DNA of 31,316 nt from a virus (taxonomy: Duplodnaviria > Caudoviricetes). The notes below the pieces were generated by a model. It ran no database searches. It saw nothing but the letters and a program-made list of their open reading frames with translations, and was not told the origin of the DNA. The DNA is taken from the IMG/VR virus record IMGVR_UViG_3300045540_000047, positions 1 through 31,316 of that record. The stretch is one strand, 5' to 3'. The position numbers were made by a program, and so were the translations under genes. This document shows positions 1-8,835 of the stretch, piece after piece (position 1 is the stretch's first letter; the number at the start of each line of letters is the position of its first letter).

Positions 1-80
1 AAATAGAGTAAACAGACCCCGACAACCTGAACACCCTGAACAAACCTGGAAAAAGTACAAAACTGGCAACATTACGTTTA

Positions 81-118
81 GGGCGGAAATAGGCGTAGGA
101 ATGGGTACTTACGAATAG
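81..118 (+). promoter_or_regulatory. Putative phage late promoter, copy 1 of 6
   Basis: GGGCG(81-85)-17 nt-GGGTACTT(103-110)-5 nt-TAG(116-118); same spacing as five other copies; 2 nt upstream of ATG 121. Confidence 0.75.
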
Positions 119-120
119 AC

Positions 121-1008
121 ATGGGAATCGACGCGCGACTGCCCATCCCCACGACAGCCGGATGGCTGCCAGCAGGCATGATTAAACCTGGGGATGAAAT
201 TTTTAGCTTCAGTGGTCAACCCGTCAGGGTCTTGTCAGTCCAGCAATACACGCCGCCGGCGTGTTACAAGTTGCTGCTGAGAGACGGCCTGACGCTGGTT
301 GTGGATGCGCGCACGGGTATCCCCTGTTACGACTTCAAGGCCCGAAGAAGTTTGAACGGCTGGTCCCGTGAGCAATTCAGGTCCGATTCCACCGTCCTCC
401 AGCCCCTGGGACCAGAGGCAATCCTAAGCCAGCAGTTCGGCCGCTGCAGGGTGCCAGTCTGCCAACCCCTCCGACCCCCCGAAAGATACCTCCCCGTTGA
501 CCCCTACATTTTTGGTCGGTGGTTGACGGACCGCAGTCAGAAAAGAAGCCAAACCCGCACAGACGTCATTAGAGAGCTTCTGGAGCGTTATTTGGAAATC
601 CCTACCCATATCCCCGAGGAGTACCTCTTTGCGTCGTTTGAGCAGCGTCTGGCGCTTCTGAGGGGCATTGTCAGCACCAAGCCCCGGGCGTTCCGCCAAA
701 AAACCAAAAGATTCACGATTGACGTCAACGACAGACGTCTTGCCCGCCAGATCCAGGGACTCCTTGAGTCGTTTGGGATTCAAACACGCAACGCAACATG
801 TCGAACAAACAACAGGCACAGGATTATGTTTAGGACAATATTACGTTTGTCAGAGGATCAGGTTCCGGTTGACAGGCCAAACTTACTGGAATCACGCAGA
901 ATTGAGCAAATTTTGTCTGTTCCTGTCCGTGAGTGCGTGTATATCATGACGGATGACCCGAATAATACGTTTTTGGTCAGTGAAGGCTACCTTGGGGTCT
1001 CATTATGA
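121..1008 (+). CDS. Free-standing degenerate intein-like protein (Hint N- and C-terminal blocks flanking a partial LAGLIDADG domain)
   Basis: N-term PIPTTAGWLPAGMIKPGDEIFSFSGQPVRV resembles intein block A; LPVDPYIFGRWLTD and IPEEYLFASFEQRLALLRGIVST resemble LAGLIDADG blocks C and E; C-term RRIEQILSVPVRECVYIMTDDPNNTFLV resembles blocks F/G but lacks terminal His-Asn; ATGA overlap with terL. Confidence 0.8.
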   Translation: MGIDARLPIPTTAGWLPAGMIKPGDEIFSFSGQPVRVLSVQQYTPPACYKLLLRDGLTLVVDARTGIPCYDFKARRSLNGWSREQFRSDSTVLQPLGPEAILSQQFGRCRVPVCQPLRPPERYLPVDPYIFGRWLTDRSQKRSQTRTDVIRELLERYLEIPTHIPEEYLFASFEQRLALLRGIVSTKPRAFRQKTKRFTIDVNDRRLARQIQGLLESFGIQTRNATCRTNNRHRIMFRTILRLSEDQVPVDRPNLLESRRIEQILSVPVRECVYIMTDDPNNTFLVSEGYLGVSL

Positions 1009-2444
1009 ACGATAAACAGCAAAAAATACTGCAGGCGTTTGCCGAAGCGCATAAAAACTGGCCCAAAGAGGCTTTGGACCTTGCTTTATGGAAGGTTCGG
1101 TGGCTAATGACGGCACTTCCGCACCAAAAAGAGCCAGAAGACCTCGATTACGACACCTTTTTGCTACTTGCAGGCCGCGGATCGGGTAAAACGCACACCG
1201 CAAGCAACTGGATTGGGCTTCGGGCGGCAGAATTTGACAAAACTAGGTGGTTGGTGACTGCCCCGACGTCAAACGACATCCGTGCGACGTGTTTTGAGGG
1301 TGATTCTGGGCTTTTGAACATCGTCCCTGGGTCATTGATCAAGGACTACAACAAGTCCCTGTTTGAGTTGACGTTAAAGAATGGGTCCATGATCCGTGGC
1401 ATCCCGGCCTCAGAGCCGGAGCGTTTTCGTGGTACCCAGTGGCACGGTGCCTGGATGGACGAGTTGTGTGCGTTTGAGTACATTGACGACGCGTATGACC
1501 AAATCCAGTTCACGTTGCGTCTGACGGACCCCAGGATCGACCGTGTACGTACAATTATCACAACGACACCAAAGCCCCTGGAACTGATCACGGACTTGAA
1601 CGAGGGCAAGATTGGCGGGGACGTATACGTCTCCCGCGCCAGTTCTTACGACAATAGAAACAACCTATCGCCGACCTTCTTCAAGCAGCTAGAAGCCTAT
1701 GAGGGTACCGACCTCGGCAAGCAGGAGATTTACGGGGAGATCCTTGACCCGGAGAACGCGGGCATCGTAAAGCGCAAGTGGTTCCGCATGTGGTCACACA
1801 CAAAGCCAACACCCATCTTGGAGTACGTCCTTGCGTCATATGACCCCGCTACCAGTGAGAAGACCCATAACGACCCTACCGCGTGTGTGGTTATTGGGGT
1901 CTTTGATCGAGAGGACGCTGGTACGTGCTGCATCTTGCTGGACGCATGGGACCACCACCTGTCGTACCCCGAACTGCGGCGTAAGGTGCAGGAGGACTAC
2001 CGGGAGGTGGTGTACGGGTCTGACAACACCTTCGCCAAGGGAAAGAAGGCGGACTTGATTTTGATGGAAGACAAATCGGCGGGTATCAGCTTGATCCAAG
2101 AGTTGCAGGCTGCACACCTCCCTGTGAGGAGCTACAACCCTGGAAGAGCGGATAAGGTCCAGCGTATGAACATCGTCGCCCCACTGATCGCAAAGGGTAA
2201 GGTCTTCATCCCAGAAGACCCAAGCAACCCCGGCGAGTTCGCCCCATGGGCCAAACGGTTTATTCGTCAGGTGTGTTCGTTCCCAGAGGCAAAGGGCCAC
2301 GACGACTACGTCGACGCGCTGTCCCAAGCGTTGCGGGTGTTGCGTGACTCGGGGTGGCTGCAACTGGACCCACTCCCGGCAAGGGCATACGACCACTCGG
2401 ACGATGTTGCAAGACGTAAGGTGTATAACCCATACGCTGCATAA
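1005..2444 (+). CDS. terL: Terminase large subunit
   Basis: Walker A LLLAGRGSGKT, Walker B GAWMDE, motif III TTTP, RNase H-like nuclease ASYDPA...HDDYVDALSQ; upstream of portal. Confidence 0.95.
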   Translation: MNDKQQKILQAFAEAHKNWPKEALDLALWKVRWLMTALPHQKEPEDLDYDTFLLLAGRGSGKTHTASNWIGLRAAEFDKTRWLVTAPTSNDIRATCFEGDSGLLNIVPGSLIKDYNKSLFELTLKNGSMIRGIPASEPERFRGTQWHGAWMDELCAFEYIDDAYDQIQFTLRLTDPRIDRVRTIITTTPKPLELITDLNEGKIGGDVYVSRASSYDNRNNLSPTFFKQLEAYEGTDLGKQEIYGEILDPENAGIVKRKWFRMWSHTKPTPILEYVLASYDPATSEKTHNDPTACVVIGVFDREDAGTCCILLDAWDHHLSYPELRRKVQEDYREVVYGSDNTFAKGKKADLILMEDKSAGISLIQELQAAHLPVRSYNPGRADKVQRMNIVAPLIAKGKVFIPEDPSNPGEFAPWAKRFIRQVCSFPEAKGHDDYVDALSQALRVLRDSGWLQLDPLPARAYDHSDDVARRKVYNPYAA

Positions 2445-2447
2445 AAG

Positions 2448-2485
2448 GGGCGATTTACCCACAAATCAAGGGTAATTAGTTATAG
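2448..2485 (+). promoter_or_regulatory. Putative phage late promoter, copy 2 of 6
   Basis: GGGCG(2448)-17 nt-GGGTAATT(2470)-5 nt-TAG(2483), intergenic after terL. Confidence 0.75.
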
Positions 2486-2524
2486 AGGATTCAACAACAA
2501 TAACAAAACCCAACCGAGACGCTC

Positions 2525-5107
2525 ATGCTCAACCCCATTAAAACCCCGCAGCAGATGATGTTTGAACAGGCACGCATCCCTCACTATGGTGCCGGAAAAA
2601 TCGTGCAGGGAATTGGTAAGGAGTTAATGGACCAGTTTGGTAGCCGTGTCCAGGAAGCGGTGCGTAAATACTTCCGTGCGACTGGCAAGATGCCGACTCG
2701 TGAAGAGATGCAACAACTGGAGCAACACATTGCTTCGTTGAAGTCCCCAGCACCATCGGTACAACAACCCCGTGCTGTAACGGCGGCGGCAGAACCAAAC
2801 GTCAACAAGTTCGTAGACAAACAGGGTCGTCCGTATTCAGCCGTCCCAAATCCAAAGAAACCTGGTCAGGTGATGACACCCGAGGCAGCGACGGGCTACG
2901 GGACCAAAGATCAATTCGGTATGGAGCCGCGCAACTTACGTGCACGTCAGCCGTACTATGAACCGCCACACATCAATGCGTTCGGTGAAGATACGTTTAC
3001 GTCAGTAGTTAACGCTGGACGTACACCAAACCGTACGTGGCTAAAGTCGATAACGCCATCGACAGAGGACCTGGCAGAACGAGAGATGGCAGCGGTCGAG
3101 CGAGAGGTCCCCGACGAGATGGGTGGTCTGTCACGCGTTCAGTCAACTGAGGGGGATGTACCAACGCAACGTCCGTCAGCAATTGCGGAGATGGCGGGTG
3201 CGCTAGAGGCTCCAGCAATGGACAAGATCAGCACCGACATCTTAATGGGCGAGCACAAGAAACTTGTGCGCAAAATCGAGCAAGAATTTAGAAACCGGGG
3301 TATTGTGCCGGACGAAGAGGACATCTTAAACGCGGTCAACGCTGAGATGAACCCATTGCGGCACAATTACACCGGGACTAATCCGATTGGTGAGCGTCCG
3401 GCAATTCCCCGCGGTGCCCCGTCAGCGGAGGCGCAAAGAATTATTGAGGAGTGGCGCAGCAACGCGCGTGCGTCTGGACTGCCAGAAAAGGTTGTTGGCG
3501 AGCACCCATCAAAGTGGAACGAAAAGCATCAAGAAGAGTATTTAAAACGCACACTGCCGGGTGAACGCGCGCCGTTTGCCAAGGGATGGGAAGACGTCGA
3601 GGGTTTTGCAATGGGTGGCATGATCCAGGCCAGCAACCCGAACGACTCGAACTTTGCCGACGGTGGGTTTGCAGGCCACCCAGCAACGGGTATGCCACAG
3701 GGCATGATGGGCTCACCGGCACCGTCACAGACATGGAACGTACCCAACGTCAACCCAATGGCACCGGCCAACATGTTCCACAACGCAAACATCAACCCTA
3801 ACGACATGGGCACAAGCCCCCGCGACATGCAGGCGGAGATGATGGTCAAGGGTTATGCGGACGGTAAGATTGTAAAAAAGCCTGAGGGGGTCGACTACGG
3901 TCCAGGTCGTGCCCTTGCACAAGGCGCGACAATGGGCTGGTCTGATGAAGCGGAAGCGGCGTATAAAAACATGATGAATGGTGGCGGGTATGATGAATAC
4001 CTTGCAGACATTCAAGCAAGCAAACGACAGTTTGAGGAAAAGAATCCAAAGCTGTCCATGGGACTAGAATTGGCGGGCGGTCTTCCGTTGATGTTTGTCC
4101 CTGGCGCTAACATGATGACGGTACCAAAGTTAGCCGCAGCAGGCGCGATGTACGGCGCGGGATCTGCAGATCCGGGCGAAAGGTTAATGGGTGCCGCCAT
4201 CGGCGCACCGGTGGGTGTCGCCATTCCAAAGGCAATACAAGGATTAGGCAAGGCAGGTAAGGCTGCGTACAAGGCCGCAAGAAAGCCGTTTATGAATCCT
4301 GAGGCGCGTGTTGCGCAGGAGTTTACCGACCGCCCTTTTGATTACCGCTCGGGGATGAAGTCGCCTTCGTCTGCCGAGCGGCAACAATGGATTGGCCAGG
4401 CGCATGAGGCTGGCGTCAAGGCATTTGAACAGAACGATCCCGCGTACAAGGCAGCGGTATACTCGTCATGGTTAAAAGCACGCCCTGATATGGTTCGTGC
4501 CACGGGTGCACAGAACTACGATCAGTTGATGGAGGCCGTGTACGGACAGGCAGCCAAAGAGACGGGTGAGCAGTTTAAACGGCTGCCAAACAAGGTCCAG
4601 ATGTACGGCGCTGATGAAGCGGACAAGATGGATTACTTGGCGCGAGCACAGCGGTTGGGTATTAGCCCCGCCGAGTTTATGCGTCAGAAGTTAAAAGAGG
4701 GCAAGCCCTTTAATATTTTTAAAGATACAGACAACCCGCACCCGTACTTGGCCAAAAGAGATCCACTCTCTGGCATGAACGAGAACGAGAAGTTCCGCGC
4801 GGTTCATGATTACTTTGGACACCTGGGTACAAAAAGACCAAACACGTTTGGCCCGCAAGGTGAAGAGAACGCGTGGATGACACACCGTCAGATGTATTCA
4901 CCACTGGCGGAACCGGCGATGACGGCAGAGACACGGGGAGCAAATAGCTGGGTCAATTACGTAAACCCAGAGAATGTCGCACGCCGTAAGAAAAAATTAC
5001 CTACTACGATATACGCAGAAAACAAACCTGTACTTCTTCCAGCGGAGGCCTCTGATCCGGCATACGCAGGCGGAATGCCCGAATACTTGAAACGGATTGT
5101 GAAATAA
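2525..5107 (+). CDS. 860-aa multi-module hypothetical protein, possibly internal virion/ejected protein; C-terminal HDYFGH...GEENAW domain
   Basis: Long ORF between terL and portal, TAATG-coupled to portal; repeated [FY]xxG[GK] motifs; central Gly/Ala-rich hydrophobic helices; FRAVHDYFGH motif. Confidence 0.75.
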   Translation: MLNPIKTPQQMMFEQARIPHYGAGKIVQGIGKELMDQFGSRVQEAVRKYFRATGKMPTREEMQQLEQHIASLKSPAPSVQQPRAVTAAAEPNVNKFVDKQGRPYSAVPNPKKPGQVMTPEAATGYGTKDQFGMEPRNLRARQPYYEPPHINAFGEDTFTSVVNAGRTPNRTWLKSITPSTEDLAEREMAAVEREVPDEMGGLSRVQSTEGDVPTQRPSAIAEMAGALEAPAMDKISTDILMGEHKKLVRKIEQEFRNRGIVPDEEDILNAVNAEMNPLRHNYTGTNPIGERPAIPRGAPSAEAQRIIEEWRSNARASGLPEKVVGEHPSKWNEKHQEEYLKRTLPGERAPFAKGWEDVEGFAMGGMIQASNPNDSNFADGGFAGHPATGMPQGMMGSPAPSQTWNVPNVNPMAPANMFHNANINPNDMGTSPRDMQAEMMVKGYADGKIVKKPEGVDYGPGRALAQGATMGWSDEAEAAYKNMMNGGGYDEYLADIQASKRQFEEKNPKLSMGLELAGGLPLMFVPGANMMTVPKLAAAGAMYGAGSADPGERLMGAAIGAPVGVAIPKAIQGLGKAGKAAYKAARKPFMNPEARVAQEFTDRPFDYRSGMKSPSSAERQQWIGQAHEAGVKAFEQNDPAYKAAVYSSWLKARPDMVRATGAQNYDQLMEAVYGQAAKETGEQFKRLPNKVQMYGADEADKMDYLARAQRLGISPAEFMRQKLKEGKPFNIFKDTDNPHPYLAKRDPLSGMNENEKFRAVHDYFGHLGTKRPNTFGPQGEENAWMTHRQMYSPLAEPAMTAETRGANSWVNYVNPENVARRKKKLPTTIYAENKPVLLPAEASDPAYAGGMPEYLKRIVK

Positions 5108-7953
5108 TGGCGAATTTACCCGCACTACCCATCCAGGCCGGAGGAAACCTTTCCGCGCTGTCCTATGTTAAAAACGAGGACGATGACGAGCCAAACAAGC
5201 AAAAAGAAATTGAAGAGCTTGCAAACGCGTTAGACCTGGACACGGATGACGTCGAGCAGGAGATCATCGAACTTGAGGATGGTTCGGTCATCGTCAACAT
5301 GGAAAAAACTCAGAAGCCGTCGGAGAACCCCGAGTTCTATGCAAACTTGGCGGAAGAGATTGACGACTCAACACTTGACGACCTCTCGTACACCTACCTG
5401 GACTTGATCGAGGTAGACCGCGAGTCGCGCAAGAAGCGTGACGAGCAGTACGAAGAGGGCCTGCGTCGTACTGGCTTGGGCAACGACGCACCTGGCGGGG
5501 CAAACTTCCAGGGCGCGTCTAAGGTCGTGCACCCGATCATGGCAGAGGCCTGCGTCGACTTTGGTGCCAACGCCTCACGCCAACTGTTGCCACCAGACGG
5601 CTTGGTCAAGACGGACATCAAGGGCGTATCAGATTTGAAGAAGTTGGATTCTGCCATGCGCAAGTCCAACTTTATGAATTGGCAGTTGACGCAGCAAATT
5701 GAAGAGTACCGCGACGAAATGGAACAACTGTTCACCCAACTACCATTGGGCGGCAGCCAGTATTTGAAGTGGCGCTTTGACCGCGACCTGTGCCGGCCGA
5801 TGCCGGAGTGGATCCCGATTGACAACATCCTGTTGCCATTTGCGTCGACCAACTTCTACTCGTCGCAGCGTGTTACGGAACAACAAGACATTACACAGGA
5901 CACGTTTGAGTTACGTGTCGAGCAGGGCGAGTACCGCGACGTAGAGATCTTCAAAGCCGAACTGGAGATTGACAAGCAGTCCCGTGCTGAGAAGGCCAAC
6001 AACAAGATCGAGGGCCGCGAGGAGCCGATCAAGAACGTCGACGGTTTGCGCCGTGTGTACGAGATCACCTGCTACTTGCGCCTGGATGACGACCCGTTGT
6101 CTGACGGTATGCGTGCGCCTTACATCATGACCATCGACGAGTTGTCGGGCAAGGTCCTCTCGCTGTACCGCAACTGGGAAGCCGGCGACACCCGTATGCG
6201 CAAGCTGGACTGGATCGTCGAGTACAAGTTTATCCCATGGCGTGGCGCGTACGGCATTGGTATGCCGCATTTAATTGGTGGGCTCTCTGCCGCACTGACG
6301 GGCTCGTTGCGTGCGTTGATGGACTCCGCGCACATCAACAACAGCCAGACGATGCTGAAGTTAAAAGGCGGCCGTATTGGTGGCCAAACGGATCGAGTTG
6401 AACCGACGCAGGTCGTGGAGATCGAGGGTTCACCAGGCGTTGACGACATTCGCAAGATTGCGATGCCGATGCCGTTTAACCAGCCGTCGAGCGTTTTGTA
6501 CAACCTCCTTGGTTGGCTGACGGACGCTGCAAAGGGTGTTGTTAAGACTAGCGAGAACCGTCTTGCGGAGATGGACTCCAACGCACCCGTTGGCACGACG
6601 CAGGCACTGATCGAGCAAGGATCAAAAGTATTCTCCAGCATCCACGCACGGCTGCACCGTTCACAGGCCAAGAGCCTGCAGATCCTGTCCCGGTTGAACT
6701 ACTGGTACCTGGAAGAGATGGACAACCAGTCGGGTGCTGAGATTGATGTCGCAGACTTTGAGAACAGCAACGACGTCGTTCCAGTATCAGACCCTAATAT
6801 TTTTAGTGAGACGCAGCGACTGACACAAGCGCAGGCGGTGTTGCAACTGTCTAAAGAAGCGCCGGATTTATATGACAAGCGTGAGGCGCACCTGCGCATC
6901 CTGCGCTTGATGAAGGTGCCTGACATTGACCAGGTGTTGCCGGATCCAAAGGGGACGCAAGAGAGCAACCCCGCGTTGGAGAACGTGCAGATGACCATGG
7001 GGCACCCCGCTGCGGCGTTTCCGGACCAAGAGCACATCGAGCACATCAAGGTCCACCTCGCGTACATGTTGGACCCCGCGTATGGAGGCAGCCCACTGAT
7101 TTCTCAAAAACTGTTGCCGTTGATGTTGGAACACATCAAGCAGCATTTGACGTTGCATTACCTGTCATCCATGCGCGAGTATGTGAAGACGGCCGCGGGC
7201 GGCGACGACGCGTTCAAGTTGAACGAAGAGCGTCAACTGGACTCCGAGGCACAACACGCGTTGTCAGTCGCGGCTCAACTGGTCAGCCAAGACTCGGAGC
7301 AGGTCTTCAAGCCAATTAGCCCAATCTTGCAACAGATGATGCAGCAGATGGAGCAGGCTACACAAAGCCAGGCGCAACAGATGCTTATGTCGGACCCTAC
7401 GTCCAACGCACTTCTTCAGACCCAGATGGCAGAAACAAAGCGCAAAGGCGAAGAAGCCCAAGCAAGATTTACACTGGAGCGCGAGAAGTTGCAGGCGGAG
7501 ATGGCGGACAAGGTTAGGGACATGCAGGCCAAGCTGGCGGAGATCCAGTCCAAGATGGGCCTCGAGCAGTCGCTGTCAGACCAAGACAACGCTGCCAAGA
7601 TTGCCATTGCGGACATCAACAACTCCTCCAAGGAGCGTATTGCGTCCATTTCGGCAGGTCAGCAATTCGACAGTATGCAGCAGCAGTTGCAGCACCAGCA
7701 AGCGGTAACGGCCATGGAAGCCGAAAGACAGGCCCAAATGGATATGCAGAAGCACGGCATGGAGCAGCAACGTCAAGAGCAGCAACAGGCTCATGAGCAG
7801 ACGTTAGCCGCGCAACAGCAGTTAATGCAACAACAGCAGCAAGAACAACAACTGGGTGCTGATCAGATGAAGCAGATGTCGCAGCAAGCGCACGAAGCAA
7901 ATCTACAGCCCCCAACAGAGCAGCAACCACAACCCCCGGCACCCGCCGTATAA
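5107..7953 (+). CDS. Portal protein with long Gln-rich coiled-coil C-terminus
   Basis: 948 aa, position between terL and head genes; ASKVVHPIMAEACVDF, YKFIPWRGAYGIGMPHLIGGL, APVGTTQALIEQG, VPVSDPNIFS segments that I recognise from podovirus-type portals. Confidence 0.88.
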   Translation: MANLPALPIQAGGNLSALSYVKNEDDDEPNKQKEIEELANALDLDTDDVEQEIIELEDGSVIVNMEKTQKPSENPEFYANLAEEIDDSTLDDLSYTYLDLIEVDRESRKKRDEQYEEGLRRTGLGNDAPGGANFQGASKVVHPIMAEACVDFGANASRQLLPPDGLVKTDIKGVSDLKKLDSAMRKSNFMNWQLTQQIEEYRDEMEQLFTQLPLGGSQYLKWRFDRDLCRPMPEWIPIDNILLPFASTNFYSSQRVTEQQDITQDTFELRVEQGEYRDVEIFKAELEIDKQSRAEKANNKIEGREEPIKNVDGLRRVYEITCYLRLDDDPLSDGMRAPYIMTIDELSGKVLSLYRNWEAGDTRMRKLDWIVEYKFIPWRGAYGIGMPHLIGGLSAALTGSLRALMDSAHINNSQTMLKLKGGRIGGQTDRVEPTQVVEIEGSPGVDDIRKIAMPMPFNQPSSVLYNLLGWLTDAAKGVVKTSENRLAEMDSNAPVGTTQALIEQGSKVFSSIHARLHRSQAKSLQILSRLNYWYLEEMDNQSGAEIDVADFENSNDVVPVSDPNIFSETQRLTQAQAVLQLSKEAPDLYDKREAHLRILRLMKVPDIDQVLPDPKGTQESNPALENVQMTMGHPAAAFPDQEHIEHIKVHLAYMLDPAYGGSPLISQKLLPLMLEHIKQHLTLHYLSSMREYVKTAAGGDDAFKLNEERQLDSEAQHALSVAAQLVSQDSEQVFKPISPILQQMMQQMEQATQSQAQQMLMSDPTSNALLQTQMAETKRKGEEAQARFTLEREKLQAEMADKVRDMQAKLAEIQSKMGLEQSLSDQDNAAKIAIADINNSSKERIASISAGQQFDSMQQQLQHQQAVTAMEAERQAQMDMQKHGMEQQRQEQQQAHEQTLAAQQQLMQQQQQEQQLGADQMKQMSQQAHEANLQPPTEQQPQPPAPAV

Positions 7954-7964
7954 AGGAGCATAAA

Positions 7965-8159
7965 ATGGCAGAACAAATCCCAGACATGGGCTTCCGTAAA
8001 AACTACAAAATGACCGGCAAACCTGGATACGCAGGCGGTCCAGATCAAAAGGTTGAATTTGGTCCATCAGGCTCAAAGCGTGCAGACAACGCCAAGCGAG
8101 CACTGGCACAAGTCCCGGCCGTAAACAGCAAGGGTCTGTACGACGCAAAAGGTAAATAA
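7965..8159 (+). CDS. Small basic hypothetical protein (64 aa)
   Basis: Strong RBS AAGGAG upstream; fills gap after portal. Confidence 0.7.
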   Translation: MAEQIPDMGFRKNYKMTGKPGYAGGPDQKVEFGPSGSKRADNAKRALAQVPAVNSKGLYDAKGK

Positions 8160-8163
8160 TTTA

Positions 8164-8201
8164 GGGCGGAAAAATATATGTAAGTGGGTACTTACATATA
8201 A
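8164..8201 (+). promoter_or_regulatory. Putative phage late promoter, copy 3 of 6, containing a perfect 11-bp inverted repeat
   Basis: GGGCG(8164)-17 nt-GGGTACTT(8186)-5 nt-TAA(8199); TATATGTAAGT(8175-8185)/ACTTACATATA(8190-8200). Confidence 0.75.
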
Positions 8202-8213
8202 GGAGGGTTTTGT

Positions 8214-8405
8214 ATGAGAGACCCGTTACACGAAACAATGTTCAAAATACAGGGCCGCTTGAAGGACATCTCAAGCGCCTGTTTGATCGGAGTTGACAGT
8301 TGGGATAAGTATAACCAACTGATAGGAAAAGCCCGAGGCTTGCAAGAGGCCTTGGATGTGATAGACGCAGTCTTGACAGAAGACGAGGAAGATAGTGGCA
8401 ACTGA
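8214..8405 (+). CDS. Small hypothetical protein (63 aa) preceding GroES-like gene
   Basis: RBS AAGGAGG; helical WDKYNQLIGKARGLQEALDVI. Confidence 0.75.
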   Translation: MRDPLHETMFKIQGRLKDISSACLIGVDSWDKYNQLIGKARGLQEALDVIDAVLTEDEEDSGN

Positions 8406-8826
8406 AAGTAAATACCAGGTTGATGGTCGGAGTGAATCTGACTGTTTTCCGGAGATAGATCCGGGTGTACAACCACAGGGCAATCGCATCGTAGTACAAC
8501 TTCGTAAAGCCAAAGACACCAGCCAGGGGGGTATTCTCCTTGTTACAGAAACTAAGGCGACAGAGAAGTGGAATGAAGTTATCGCAAAGGTCGTTAGTGT
8601 AGGCCCACTGGCTTACAAAGACGTTTCGACACTTCAAGACTGGCCAGAAGGCCCCTGGGCTATACCGGGCGACTTAGTTCGCACGATAAAGTACGGCGGC
8701 GACCGATGGGCGGTTCCACACGGAAACGGTGAGGTTGTATTTATTGTCTTGCAAGACCGCGAGGTTATTTGCAAGATTACAGATTTCGAAGTAGCACGGA
8801 AAATGTTTCCTGCCTTCGTAGAATAG
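8395..8826 (+). CDS. groES: GroES/Cpn10-like co-chaperonin
   Basis: VQPQGNRIVV, mobile loop TSQGGILL, AKVVSVGP, PGDLV..KYGG, LQDREVICKI match the Cpn10 pattern; GTG start with GAGGA RBS. Confidence 0.85.
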   Translation: MATESKYQVDGRSESDCFPEIDPGVQPQGNRIVVQLRKAKDTSQGGILLVTETKATEKWNEVIAKVVSVGPLAYKDVSTLQDWPEGPWAIPGDLVRTIKYGGDRWAVPHGNGEVVFIVLQDREVICKITDFEVARKMFPAFVE

Positions 8827-8835
8827 GGGTTTCGT

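Noticed and set aside
121-2444. Functional intein spliced into terL, or active homing endonuclease
   Set aside because: Separate reading frames with a stop at 1008; splicing residues and the second LAGLIDADG acidic residue are absent
1836-2462. 208-aa minus-strand ORF
   Set aside because: Antisense shadow of terL with no recognisable motif
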